IMG/VR virus record: IMGVR_UViG_3300045988_180675
Coordinates: 1 to 64,000 of that record
Source of the DNA: a virus
Length of the DNA stretch: 64,000 nucleotides
Direction: 5' to 3' (one strand)
The notes beneath the pieces were generated by a model that searched no databases, was not told the DNA's origin, and worked only from the letters and a program-made list of their open reading frames with translations. Position 1 is the stretch's first letter; each line of letters opens with the position of its first letter. Of the stretch, positions 27,060 through 37,600 are shown piece by piece. The position numbers and the translations under genes are program-made.

Positions 27060-27782
27060 TTAATATGTCCAATACGACAGGTATACTTCGGTACCAGTTG
27101 TTGAAGTACAAGTATACATAGCAATCGGACCTGCTGGATTGCTAGAATAGTATTCTCCGTTAGATTTTGTAACGGTGCCATAGTTGTGTGCATTCCAGTC
27201 TTCTGAAACTTTGTATAGTGTAACTACGGATCCATCTGGCTTATACCATGTTGCTGTTGAGGCATACTCGATTGCTGTGAAACCGAGATTCCAGTGGGCT
27301 CCAAAGATCGTCGGGTATCCTTCGCCAACCCAACAATCACCTCTATCTACAATATCTTGAAAGCCTCTGCTTTCCAACACCCATGATGTGCCACCGACAT
27401 ACAATCTTCCATAGTTGCCCATTGTCATTGCTGGAGGACTGTAAGTGTAGTCTGAAACGGTGTATCCTGAGTAGTTATTTGAGTAGTTATAGTTGCTATA
27501 GTTATTGTAAGAACTTTGTGCCGCTAGTGCTGCTTGACGTGCAGCTTCTTCGGCTTCCGCTTGTTCTTGAGCGATACGCTCTTGCTCAATACGTTCTTCT
27601 CCTGCCTTCACATCACTCTCAATGTCCTTGCAGGCGTTTTTCATTTCCGTACTATTGTTTAATGAAACGATAGTCGGTACTTCTGTAATAAAGCTTGTTG
27701 TATTTGATGCTGCTTTGATTGCGTCTAAACGCATATTTGGGTTAAAAAACAGTAGAATGGAAACTAATAATTTTGCAAACAT
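27060..27782 (-). CDS. secreted hypothetical protein
   Basis: N-terminal hydrophobic signal, Q/A/E coiled segment, Y/N/S-rich spacer, globular C-terminal domain. Confidence 0.5.
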   Translation of the reverse strand: MFAKLLVSILLFFNPNMRLDAIKAASNTTSFITEVPTIVSLNNSTEMKNACKDIESDVKAGEERIEQERIAQEQAEAEEAARQAALAAQSSYNNYSNYNYSNNYSGYTVSDYTYSPPAMTMGNYGRLYVGGTSWVLESRGFQDIVDRGDCWVGEGYPTIFGAHWNLGFTAIEYASTATWYKPDGSVVTLYKVSEDWNAHNYGTVTKSNGEYYSSNPAGPIAMYTCTSTTGTEVYLSYWTY

Positions 27783-27792
27783 ATCTTCTTAA

Positions 27793-28377
27793 TCACTTTG
27801 CAAACAAATATGTTGTATTTCCTTCTACAAGGCTCAATACTTCTCCTTCAACCTTGAATTTTAATCTTGCTGTCTCATCTTCCCATGTGTCATCTTTTTC
27901 GTTGTAGTGGTATCCAGTAGTTCCTTTATCTGCACCATCTACAGTCATCGAAACTTCCTTCTCCGTGAATGTAAAGCCTAACAAGTTTTTCTTGTATGCT
28001 TCTTCCTGGAGAATTGTCTTTAACTCTTCTAAGGTATATGTCTTGTCATTCACCTTAACAGAGTTTAACTTCCATTCTCCGATCAACACCTTCTTTTGTT
28101 GATCTTGGGCGTTCTCCTCTTTCTTTTCTTCGGATTTCTCTTCAGACTTATCTTCAGATTTTTCGTCCTTCTTTTCTGCTACATCCTCTTTCTTTTCTTT
28201 GTCCGCTGATTCGGTTGTAGTCTTTTCTAAGCTGGTATCAGTTTTCTTCTGCACATCTTCTTTTGTAGAAGGCTGTGTTGAAGTTTGATTTGTTGCTGAG
28301 CACCCAACTAATGCAACAGCAACAGCACTCCCTAAGAGTAGTTTTTTGAGATTCATCATTGTTTTCTTTCTATACAT
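27793..28377 (-). CDS. lipoprotein
   Basis: Lipobox VALVGC, K/E-rich linker. The start may be the ATG at 28359. Confidence 0.6.
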   Translation of the reverse strand: MYRKKTMMNLKKLLLGSAVAVALVGCSATNQTSTQPSTKEDVQKKTDTSLEKTTTESADKEKKEDVAEKKDEKSEDKSEEKSEEKKEENAQDQQKKVLIGEWKLNSVKVNDKTYTLEELKTILQEEAYKKNLLGFTFTEKEVSMTVDGADKGTTGYHYNEKDDTWEDETARLKFKVEGEVLSLVEGNTTYLFAK

Positions 28378-28448
28378 CCTTTCTCATATATATATTATGT
28401 TATTTTTTACAGGAATTAGCATGAAAAAATCCCTGTTTTTTACAAATT

Positions 28449-28967
28449 TTACAGGGAATTTTCTTTTGATGTCTTTTTTAACATCAATATGCCTAATATA
28501 AACACAATCATGCTTCCGAATAGATATGCATGCATGCTTGAATGAATACCTGTTCCAATCTCATTCTTTTTGCTTGGAACGTTGTTTTGTGGCTCTGATG
28601 GATTTTTTTTATCCTTCTTAAATTCAATCTTTGTATACTTCTGGGCGTCATCATTTTTAGATAGGACGGCTTCTGCAACCATTTCTCCAGAATCGTTATT
28701 CATAACCATTACCTGTAGATGATATTTGTTTTCAGCATCATCCTTGCGGTAGATCTCGTATTTATAGTTTCCTAATTGCGTATATGATAGCTCGATTTCA
28801 TTTTTAATTTCCAGATTTAATCCTTCGCCTTCCAAGATTACGTCATCATAATCGGACTCAACAGGAATTTTAATGGTAACTTCCTGATCACTTGCTAACA
28901 CTGGAGTAGCAACTGAAAATAGAATTCCAAGTGCGATTAAGATCTTACTTAATGTTTGTTTCATCAT
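28449..28967 (-). CDS. small sortase-substrate protein, candidate basal/minor pilin
   Basis: Start at MMKQTLSK overlaps the sortase stop (ATGATGA). Signal peptide, ~120-aa domain, C-terminal EIGTG + TM + KKTSKENSL. Confidence 0.55.
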   Translation of the reverse strand: MMKQTLSKILIALGILFSVATPVLASDQEVTIKIPVESDYDDVILEGEGLNLEIKNEIELSYTQLGNYKYEIYRKDDAENKYHLQVMVMNNDSGEMVAEAVLSKNDDAQKYTKIEFKKDKKNPSEPQNNVPSKKNEIGTGIHSSMHAYLFGSMIVFILGILMLKKTSKENSL

Positions 28968-29668
28968 TTTTCTACCTCTTTTTTGTATTGTTCTTTCGTG
29001 ATTTCTTGTATTTTCCCTAGCAGTACACATCTATACAATGTGTTAGGTGTTTTACAGGTTGTTAATGCGATCAATTTATCTTCTTCTGTATATCCTCTTG
29101 TCTGGTTTGTCGTGTCCAGGGAGAATATTGTTTCGTCAGTTGCTTCTGTAGTGTCATACTTTGTAAACTCTATCTTATAAATATGTTCTTTACTTAATAT
29201 ATATCCAGTTTTATGTTTATCGAAGTATTCTTTATTCTCGTACTTGTCCAGAGCCCCAAACATATAGCCACGATCCATGTGGTGTCCGTAGAGAATGTTA
29301 TAGTTATCTGTGAAATCTTTTTTATTTTTAAAATCCAAGAAGATTGAGCCTGCAAGAGAATACTTCCCGTTGTAATCCTTGTTGATGTACTCTAAGTTAT
29401 CTTCGCCTTGCATAATCGGATAGTTCATGTTTGTATCTGGCACGTATAACCAAGCAGTTGCAAGTGGAGCATCTTCAAATGTAATTTCTTTTTCAGATAC
29501 TTTTGGAAGATACCCCACCTTTTGTTGTGCCTCTACTTGATGATAGATATTGTAGTTATCAAGCATAGAATATCCACCAATAAGCATGCATACGATACAA
29601 ACGAGAAGAATAGCATTATCATAGGCGTTATTTAGGTGTCTAAATATCTTATTGATGGAACTTCTCAT
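28964..29668 (-). CDS. srtB: class B sortase
   Basis: Collinear with S. aureus SrtB: NYPIMQGEDN..GSIFLDFKNK..NILYGHHM..MFGAL..YFDKHK, catalytic LTTC and a downstream R (YRCVLLG). Confidence 0.85.
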   Translation of the reverse strand: MRSSINKIFRHLNNAYDNAILLVCIVCMLIGGYSMLDNYNIYHQVEAQQKVGYLPKVSEKEITFEDAPLATAWLYVPDTNMNYPIMQGEDNLEYINKDYNGKYSLAGSIFLDFKNKKDFTDNYNILYGHHMDRGYMFGALDKYENKEYFDKHKTGYILSKEHIYKIEFTKYDTTEATDETIFSLDTTNQTRGYTEEDKLIALTTCKTPNTLYRCVLLGKIQEITKEQYKKEVEK

Positions 29669-29670
29669 AG

Positions 29671-30693
29671 TTATTCTGCTTCTACTTCTCTCTTCTTTTT
29701 GATGATCACGAATGCTACTACGCCACCAGCTAGAACTGTGGCTACAGCAGCCTTATTGTTGATCAAGATACCTGTAGGGATAACGCCTGACTTATCATTT
29801 GTATAACCAGTCTTGATCTTGTCTGAAGCACCTAATGTACCAGCTGTTTCGCCTTCTGCTACACCAGCAATCTTTGCTGTTGACTTATAACCATCGGCAT
29901 CTTCAGTAACAGTGTATTCAGCACCGTTGATCAATGATACCATCTTAACAGACTCGCCATCTGCTAGCTTAAATGTTGCAGTACCATTACCGTCACCGTC
30001 TGTAACAAGTGTTGTGTCGCCTAGTGTGTATGTAAAATTAGGGATTGCCTTCTTGATTTCGAGTGTAAACGTAAACTTCTTACTCTTATCACCTTGGTTT
30101 CCTGTAACCTTCTTCATGATTGTAATTTCGTCATCTGCTGATAACTTACCAGAGAATCCGTCCACCTTGTCATCAAGAGCATATTGTCCATCACCAGTTG
30201 CTTCTAATGCTGGGGCGTCTGTGCCTGTGTGTAGTAATGTTGCTGCAACCTTTAATGTACCACCGTCATCTACTACATATACGTCTAATGTACGTGTGTT
30301 ACCACTATCTACGACAGCGACGTTATCTTTTCCGCCTACTGTGTAACCGCCAGTGATAATGTAACGATAAATGCCTGGCTCTGTATAAGTACATGGGCTA
30401 AGATCGATTGTTCCTTCTGTGCCTTGAGTTAAATCTACATCAGCAATAGTAGGTGTTCCTACGCCAGCCTTGATGCCTTGTGTTGTTGCTGTTGCTGCAA
30501 CTGCAGTGCCTGGAGCGACTGTAGCTTTAAATACCTTTGCTCCTGCTGTACCACCTTCTGTAGTTAAAGTTGTGTTGAATGTTACATCACCACCTGTAAT
30601 TGGTGTGTAAGATGCAGCAAATGCTGTTGCTGTCGTTGCTCCAATTGCTAGAGCTGAAGCCGCTACGCTTCCGAGTAATTTCTTAATCTTCAT
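29671..30693 (-). CDS. major pilin, Spy0128/FctA (T-antigen) type
   Basis: Signal peptide, EPGIYRYIITG block, ITIMKKVTGNQGDKSKKFTFTLEI block. C-terminal sorting signal VIPTG + TM + KKKREVEAE (compare EVPTG of S. pyogenes pilins). Confidence 0.7.
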   Translation of the reverse strand: MKIKKLLGSVAASALAIGATTATAFAASYTPITGGDVTFNTTLTTEGGTAGAKVFKATVAPGTAVAATATTQGIKAGVGTPTIADVDLTQGTEGTIDLSPCTYTEPGIYRYIITGGYTVGGKDNVAVVDSGNTRTLDVYVVDDGGTLKVAATLLHTGTDAPALEATGDGQYALDDKVDGFSGKLSADDEITIMKKVTGNQGDKSKKFTFTLEIKKAIPNFTYTLGDTTLVTDGDGNGTATFKLADGESVKMVSLINGAEYTVTEDADGYKSTAKIAGVAEGETAGTLGASDKIKTGYTNDKSGVIPTGILINNKAAVATVLAGGVVAFVIIKKKREVEAE

Positions 30694-30735
30694 TTTCTTC
30701 TCCTGTTGCTTACTTTTTATGCGTGGAAGCTAAGC

Positions 30736-31221
30736 TTAGAAACCACGTCTTCGTGTCACGAAGAATACTTTCCCTTCGATATCGCTTTCTTTGATTGTTC
30801 CAAATTCTCTGCTATCACTTTCATCTTCTCTATAGTCATTTAGAACAAAGATTTCTCCTTCTGGAACCTTGATCGGATATTCTTTTTCACCTTTATTGGT
30901 GAGCGAATTTGTACTTTCGGCAGGTTGCATCCCATTTACCGTCAGTATTCCTTCTTTTGAGATATCCACTTCCTGTCCAGCCTTAGCGATCACTCGGTAG
31001 AGTCTGCCGTTATATATTACCACATCGCTTAACTGTACTTCCTTATCAAATTTTTCGATGACAACTAGGTCCCCGTCTTTAATGGACGGGAACATGTTGT
31101 TGTCGTAATAGATTGTGGCTGTTACCACAAATTTATTTAAAAGTACCAGAGCGATGCATGTAACCAAAATTCGTTGGACGAATCCCCATATTTGCCTGTT
31201 TTTTCTCTCTTTTTTTACCAT
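30736..31221 (-). CDS. SipA/LepA-like signal peptidase I homolog lacking the Ser/Lys dyad (pilus assembly chaperone type)
   Basis: SPase I fold blocks are present (NDYREDESDSRE compare GDNRxxSxDSR). The box B catalytic Ser is Asn (DNNMFPS versus GDSMxPT). The box D Lys is Tyr (LYRVIA versus VKRIIG). Confidence 0.75.
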   Translation of the reverse strand: MVKKERKNRQIWGFVQRILVTCIALVLLNKFVVTATIYYDNNMFPSIKDGDLVVIEKFDKEVQLSDVVIYNGRLYRVIAKAGQEVDISKEGILTVNGMQPAESTNSLTNKGEKEYPIKVPEGEIFVLNDYREDESDSREFGTIKESDIEGKVFFVTRRRGF

Positions 31222-34200
31222 TTATTCTTCTTCCGTCTTTTTCTTTTTCTTGATCAACAAGAGTATGATGCCACCAATCACAATCAGTGCAATTCCAATT
31301 TGTGATAGTTCAACATTTGTTGGCACTACCATTCCCTTAGTGTTTACGAACTTGATTTCAGTGGAAGCGTCTTCTTCAGCAATTTCAGCGGTAATTTCTT
31401 TTCCTTCTTGCTTGCTATCTTGCTTGCCGATCACTTCTGCAGTTGTTGCGTAATCATTTTCATCTTCTACAACATTAGCTTCCTTGATCCATGTGCCTTG
31501 AGCAAATCCTGATAATGTAGCCTTTTCACCATCTGCAAGCTTGAAGTTATAGTATCCTTCAGCATCTGCTGTTAATTCACTATGATTTCCAGCCGTATCA
31601 ATCAGTGTTAGGCTACCAGTATATGGATTACTATTGTTATCCGTTAATTTAGCCTTGAAGTTAAACTTATCGTTCTTATTTCCTGCATTTCCTCTTACAT
31701 CTTTCGATACGCTAATAACTTGTGCTTTTTCGTTATTGCATGTCATATAAATGTAATCTTCTTGCTTAGGATTCATCCATGCTGTTGAATAAGCAATTCC
31801 AACTTCTCTATTTTCAGTCACTTCACCTGTCATATCATTGTTCCAGTTTGGAATGTAGCCGTCAGATTCTTCCTCTGTGACCATGATGTCAGCGTATTTT
31901 GGAATACCTGCAACTTCTACGTTTTCACCATTTTTTAGAGTAAATGAGAATGCAGTGACATCTCCTTGATACTTAACTGTTTTTCTTGTTTGCTCTCCAT
32001 CTTCATCCGTATGAATGAGTGTTACAACATCTTGTGAGCGTAAGCCTCGAATACTTCCTGTGAACTGGAAATCTTCGCTAGAGGATGAATTAGTAAGGTT
32101 CTTTGCGTATGTTGCTGAGTATACATCTGAAATATCATTTGTTAATACAGCTCTATTTGTTTTACCTGTTTTCGCTGTGTAAACCTTTGAAGTGAAATCT
32201 TGGTTTGTCTTGCCGCCTTCATTGTTGATGAGGTTGTCATCTTCGAAGATCTTAATTGATGGCGTACAAACAATCTTATATCCATCCACCAATGACTTAA
32301 CATCTGTTTCTTTTACCTTGTATTTAACCTGATCAACACCTTCAAAGACAAACTTTACTGCAATTGTTTTTGAAATGTTTGTCGATACAGAGGCTAGTCC
32401 GTTTTCGTCAGATGTGAAAGTTTCTTCGTATTGGGTTGCTTGGTTTACATATTTGTATGTTGTATTAGGTGTTAATCCGCTAAATTCTACAGTGATATTA
32501 AAGTATGTATCTTCGTGTGTTCCAGTGTATGTTTCTGGCAAATGCTTTTCAACCACAATCTCTGTCGTGTTTGCTGTTGTTGGTGGAACATCCTTTTTAT
32601 TTGTGAATACAACTTCTTTATCAGTATCTAATACTCCTGATGTATTTTCTGCACCTGTTTGTGTCCAACCAGTCTGTGGTTGTTCTTGGATTGTGTAGTT
32701 TACGTTTACTGGTAATTCAATTTCCGTTGACGAATTTCCATTGATTCTTACAACTGCTTCGCCATTATTGAAGATTACGTTATTAAACTTTTGAACACCA
32801 GAAACACCTTCGCCTGTTAATTTAATGTTGAAGGCAAATGATGTTCCATCCTCGATATCAACATTCTTTGTAATTTTCAGCTTTCTTGTCGTTGTAACGA
32901 CATTGTTGTATTCATTTATAACTGTTGTCTCAAACTTACCTGTCTTATCGTCATAATTTATGATTGAAACCTTTTTGCCATTGATTTCTTTCGTTGCATC
33001 TACACGTCTGTAGTTCGGATTGTCATCTTCAACCAAATAGTGTTCTTGTGTCTTGTCAATGATTGGCATGACGTATGTCATTGAGCCATCTGAATTCTTG
33101 ATCCACTTGCTATCATCTGTTTCGTAATAGCGTCCACCATTTGCGGTTAAATCGAATCCCTTTGCCTTGGTTTCTCGAACCCAATACCCAGCGATATTAT
33201 TCATATCCGTAGGTTTTGTCGCATACTTTTCTTCTGCTACTGGTGAACCGTTTGTGTTGTATTTCAGGATCCATCTTCCAGTGTATTTATCTGATTCTTC
33301 AAACAGGTTAAAAGCTGATGTTAATCCATAACCAATGTTGTTGAATACAGTATTTTCTGATGTCTTAACGATTTGGAGTCCCTTTTTTCTTACAACTACA
33401 TTGTCACTTGGAAGAAGATTTGGATCTGAATAATTTGAGAAGTCAAAACTTGTTTGTGATCCAAGACCATAGATATAATCTACAACCATATTAGCTAGAT
33501 ATGGTTTTCTTCCGTTTGCATCCACATGATTCGGTTGTGGCATTTTAGATGTATCCAGATTTGCATATAAAGAGAATGCTCCAGAGAATCTTCCTGTAAA
33601 TTGAGAAAAATCAAATTTAGCACCAAGAATCTCGGCGTTTTGCATGAATCCTCCGTAGTCAGGATATGATGAAGGATTTATATTTTCTTGTGTAATTCCT
33701 GTTAAATCAATTACATGCTTCGTATTTTTATATACTTGGAATGCAAAGTTTGCATTCTCTATTTTTGATATTCTCTGTCTTGAAAATAGATCTTTAAAGT
33801 CAACTGAGGAGCCACTAAACATGGAATCAATGCGAGTTACTTCTGTAAGATCTAATGAGGAAAGATTTACTGTTAAGCTTTCGTCACCTGCATTTGGATC
33901 CCAAGCTGACATAAACATCTCTCTAGCATTTCTTGGTTGCATCTTTAGATTTTCCAAGCCTTCAATTTCTTTTACGGAGGCTCTTGCAAACATTGCCTCA
34001 GTGTTACCAAACTTCAACTTGGACCAATTCTCTCCAAATTTAATCTTTCTTGCACGTGCTCCTCTAAACAAGAAATTTAGACCTACATAATCAGAGAAGT
34101 TGGCTCCATCTGGAGTTTCTGTTCTTCCTTTTGCGTCCAATACTGTTACATGAGATAAATCAATCATGGCAGCAGATCCAGCGAATCTCGAAACTTCTTT

Positions 34201-34650
34201 TATATTGTCGTTCATTAGTTCGCTGAAGAATATCCAAGCCCAACCATTTAAAGTGCGATGTGGAATATAATCGCTTGGACAGATTCCTATTGTTTTATCA
34301 AAATCTAAGGTTGAAATTCCATTGAACCATGGATACTTTGTTTCTCTATCCTGCCTAATTTGTTCCATAGCACCAAAAGCCCAAGCTGGCTTTATTGCTT
34401 CTAAGCTTCCACTTCCTGCTACAAATCTTGTGTAGCCGTCTTCATAAACTTCAATTTTAGCTGTTGTTGCTACGCCGTCTGAAAACTGGTCCAGAGGCAA
34501 TGATATCTTCAACTCTCCATGTGCAGCTAGTGGTAATTCAGAAGAAAGAATAGGACTACTACCACTTCCTTCTTCTGCGTGTACCGAACTAGGCAATAGA
34601 GTAATGATAAATAATGTTGCTATAAACAGTTTCAATATTTTTTTTATCAT
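31222..34650 (-). CDS. giant pilus-locus adhesin: BspA/DUF285-like repeat head plus Cna-B/pilin-like stalk domains
   Basis: Start moved to MIKKILKLF (ATG 34650, AGGAAAGGAAA RBS) with a signal peptide. The N-terminal third has MF..a......LdLs..d.s.vt.m..MF type repeats. C-terminal VVPTN + TM + KKKKKTEEE. Confidence 0.75.
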   Translation of the reverse strand: MIKKILKLFIATLFIITLLPSSVHAEEGSGSSPILSSELPLAAHGELKISLPLDQFSDGVATTAKIEVYEDGYTRFVAGSGSLEAIKPAWAFGAMEQIRQDRETKYPWFNGISTLDFDKTIGICPSDYIPHRTLNGWAWIFFSELMNDNIKEVSRFAGSAAMIDLSHVTVLDAKGRTETPDGANFSDYVGLNFLFRGARARKIKFGENWSKLKFGNTEAMFARASVKEIEGLENLKMQPRNAREMFMSAWDPNAGDESLTVNLSSLDLTEVTRIDSMFSGSSVDFKDLFSRQRISKIENANFAFQVYKNTKHVIDLTGITQENINPSSYPDYGGFMQNAEILGAKFDFSQFTGRFSGAFSLYANLDTSKMPQPNHVDANGRKPYLANMVVDYIYGLGSQTSFDFSNYSDPNLLPSDNVVVRKKGLQIVKTSENTVFNNIGYGLTSAFNLFEESDKYTGRWILKYNTNGSPVAEEKYATKPTDMNNIAGYWVRETKAKGFDLTANGGRYYETDDSKWIKNSDGSMTYVMPIIDKTQEHYLVEDDNPNYRRVDATKEINGKKVSIINYDDKTGKFETTVINEYNNVVTTTRKLKITKNVDIEDGTSFAFNIKLTGEGVSGVQKFNNVIFNNGEAVVRINGNSSTEIELPVNVNYTIQEQPQTGWTQTGAENTSGVLDTDKEVVFTNKKDVPPTTANTTEIVVEKHLPETYTGTHEDTYFNITVEFSGLTPNTTYKYVNQATQYEETFTSDENGLASVSTNISKTIAVKFVFEGVDQVKYKVKETDVKSLVDGYKIVCTPSIKIFEDDNLINNEGGKTNQDFTSKVYTAKTGKTNRAVLTNDISDVYSATYAKNLTNSSSSEDFQFTGSIRGLRSQDVVTLIHTDEDGEQTRKTVKYQGDVTAFSFTLKNGENVEVAGIPKYADIMVTEEESDGYIPNWNNDMTGEVTENREVGIAYSTAWMNPKQEDYIYMTCNNEKAQVISVSKDVRGNAGNKNDKFNFKAKLTDNNSNPYTGSLTLIDTAGNHSELTADAEGYYNFKLADGEKATLSGFAQGTWIKEANVVEDENDYATTAEVIGKQDSKQEGKEITAEIAEEDASTEIKFVNTKGMVVPTNVELSQIGIALIVIGGIILLLIKKKKKTEEE

Positions 34651-34663
34651 TTCATTTCCTTTC

Positions 34664-37600
34664 CTATAGTCCCTCGTCTGGTTCTGCGATCTCTGGGACT
34701 TCTTCATTATTACTTGTGTTATTTTCCGCCTGTTGTTTTGAAGCAGAACTCGTTGCGTCATCAAGATTTGTGTAGACTCTAATCTTTGGAATGTAGTTAT
34801 CTGGGTTTCCGTTTGTCCACTTCTTTGTGATGACGAGTGAATCTGTTGCGGCTGGCATGTTTTTAACAACATATTTGCCATCAACCTGTTCCATATCTAG
34901 GATGTACGTTCCATCGTTATTTACTACTAAAGTGTATTCCTTTGGATCCTGTACAAACTTCTTTTTATCGCTTGATACAGGGTCTTGGTTTTCTCTAATT
35001 GTATAAGTTCCTACTGGAATATTTACACTTACTTTACCCGTTCCATAATCTGGAGAAACCTTTGTGTTTACTGGTACGCCTTCATAGTCTGTACCTGTAA
35101 TTTGGAAGCTGATATTTCCCCATATAGGTTGGTTTGTTTCTCCATTTAGCTTATACCACTCTACACGAGCGAGTCTATTGTAGTTGAATACAGTGTCAAT
35201 CTTTGTGTTTGTTGTCTTGTTTGTGATCGTTACAACACCATAATCATCAATCTTAACTTCTAACTCGTCTTTTAGCTTCATAAATTCTCTAGGTGTATTT
35301 GTTTCTTTGAGCTTATAAGTTCCCTTTTCGATATTCTTGAAGATAACCTTGCCATTTTTATCTGATGTTACTTTTTCGATTAAATCATTTCCATAATCGG
35401 ATGTACCAGATAGCGTGAATTCCACACCTTCGATTGGAGCAGAGATTCCTTCTTTATTAGGGAAGGTCTTCTTCTCAAATACAATATTTGCATGAACACG
35501 AGGAGTATTGAAGATTGTGATCTCTGAAACTTCTTTATTGTCGATTAACACTCTTCCATTTTCTGTGATCTCGATAACGTGCTTTTCTTCGTTTAGGAAG
35601 TAATCTGGAGTCGTTTCGTATTCTGTCAAAGTATACTTTCCAACTGGAATCTTCTTAAATTTGATGACTCCCTTGCTATCCGTTAGTTTGATCTCATCTA
35701 CATACTCGCCATAAGCACTTCTTCCACTTAGTTTAAATTGGATTCCAGGGATAGGTCGTCTTGTTGTGGCATCTTGCTTATTTAGCTGGAAGTTGCCCAT
35801 GATCTTATAAGTTGTTGTTGTATAACCGTTGAAGATATAGTTCGATGATTCTGCACCAGCTTCTCCAATAGCGGTTGCATTAGCATAAACGACGTTATAG
35901 TTCTTATATACTGTTTCGATCACTGGGAGATTTTCTGGGGCTCTCATATTCAGTATTGCGACAAGTGATTGTGACTTTCCGAGATATCCGATGGAATTAT
36001 CACTCTTTCTTCTGCAGTCAATCGCAATCGTTTTAATTGTTGAAAGATCTGAATTTGCATCTAATCTTGTAAAATTTTCTAATTTTTCTTCTGGTGTTAG
36101 ACCTCTTAGTGTTTCTAAGTCAATATCTTCTGTTGAACCGTATAATACTGGGGCAAATCCTAGTCGCTCCATTTGTGTCGTATCAACGGATTGAAGTATT
36201 CCTCTCCAATTTGGTTTCGCACCATCTGGAGTTGTGTATTTTTCAATATTATCAAACAAGATAATATCCTTTGTGTTTGATGTTGCTGAGTTTGCAAATG
36301 TCAGTTTATAGGAATAATCCTCATTTGGAGCCACGATTGTATCTGCTGTGAACTTTCCATCTGTAGAATTCTTAACAAGCTTCTTTAGACCAGATGAGAA
36401 GTATACCAGTGTAGACAAGTTATATGTTGTATCTGCATAGATAAATCTATTTCCTTTATCTGTTGTTAAGTTACTCATTTCCTTTTTGTATGATCTAAGA
36501 ATAGAGGCATCGTCAGCTGTTCCGTCAGTAATAGCACTATTGCCTGTTTCAAAAGCAACTGGGTTATACACGTTTCCACCATAATCTCTTATGTTGTCAT
36601 AAGGGAATAATGTCTTGAATTTTAGAATTGGATGTTCCATCTGATCGGAGGTTTCGAAGATAACAAGTGTACGTCCTGTATTCTTGTAATTTTGCTTTGT
36701 TGTTACTGTGACGTTGTATGTCTTGCTGCCATCTTTTTCTTCTAGTGTAACGTTGTTTTCGTCGACAATTAAACCTGCTGGCATCAAATCAAACCACTTA
36801 CCACCATCTTGTGGGATTGACGATACGTCCGTGCTTGATGTTCTTGCCGTTTCTTCAGTATCAATGACCCATGTTAATTCATATTGCTTCTTAATACGGT
36901 TATTTAATACTTCTGCAACGTTCTTACGAATTCTTTCATCGGTCTGTGTCTTTCTTGCGAAATCGTATTCTAATGGTGCTGTATAGTTGAAGATCTCTTC
37001 GCCATTTGCCTTTCGCATGTAACCATGAACTTCAGATTGGACAATAATGTCTTCCTTGTTGGCAACAAAAGCGTCAACCTTTGGCGAATGTTTTAGTTCA
37101 TAGTTTGAACCTGCTAAAATCTCAGTAAAGTAATATGGGTTTTTGGATACCAACTTATAGGCAATTACATTGTTATCAAACTTCAGGTTGTTACCAGAAG
37201 AAGTTAATCCTTCTTTTATGATATTGTATTGATTCTTTGCTACATCATAGTCTGCAACATGCACATATTCTGAGCTTTGATTATCGTATTTCGCATATAC
37301 TTCTACAAACGCATTTTCTGGTGTAAAAAATGGATTCGGTTTGAATTTGTTGTATGTAGAATCATATTTTGCTTCTATAAATCTTGGGTTTAATGCAACG
37401 TTTTGAATCTGATAGTCTTCAGAAGTTAAGTTGTCAATAATACTTCCTGTTTCTTTGAGCTTGATTCCGTCTACAAACTGCTCATAGATGACGTTTTGCT
37501 TAAAGTAGTTTTCTGGGAGTCTTTCTTTTCCATCTTCTACTGTGAAATACTCTGGCATTCCGTAAATGTAGTATCCAAAATCAAGATTGTTATATGTATT

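Noticed and set aside
27060-27782. Possible second sortase (His in TIFGAHW, Cys in MYTCTS).
   Set aside because: The order and spacing of motifs only loosely resemble a sortase, and no Arg follows the TC motif. I cannot support the call without a profile search, so I left it as a secreted hypothetical protein.
34651-34884. 78-codon N-terminal extension of track ORF 31222..34884, overlapping the end of the upstream adhesin gene.
   Set aside because: No RBS and a non-signal-like sequence. The internal ATG at 34650 has an AGGAAAGGA RBS and a classical signal peptide.
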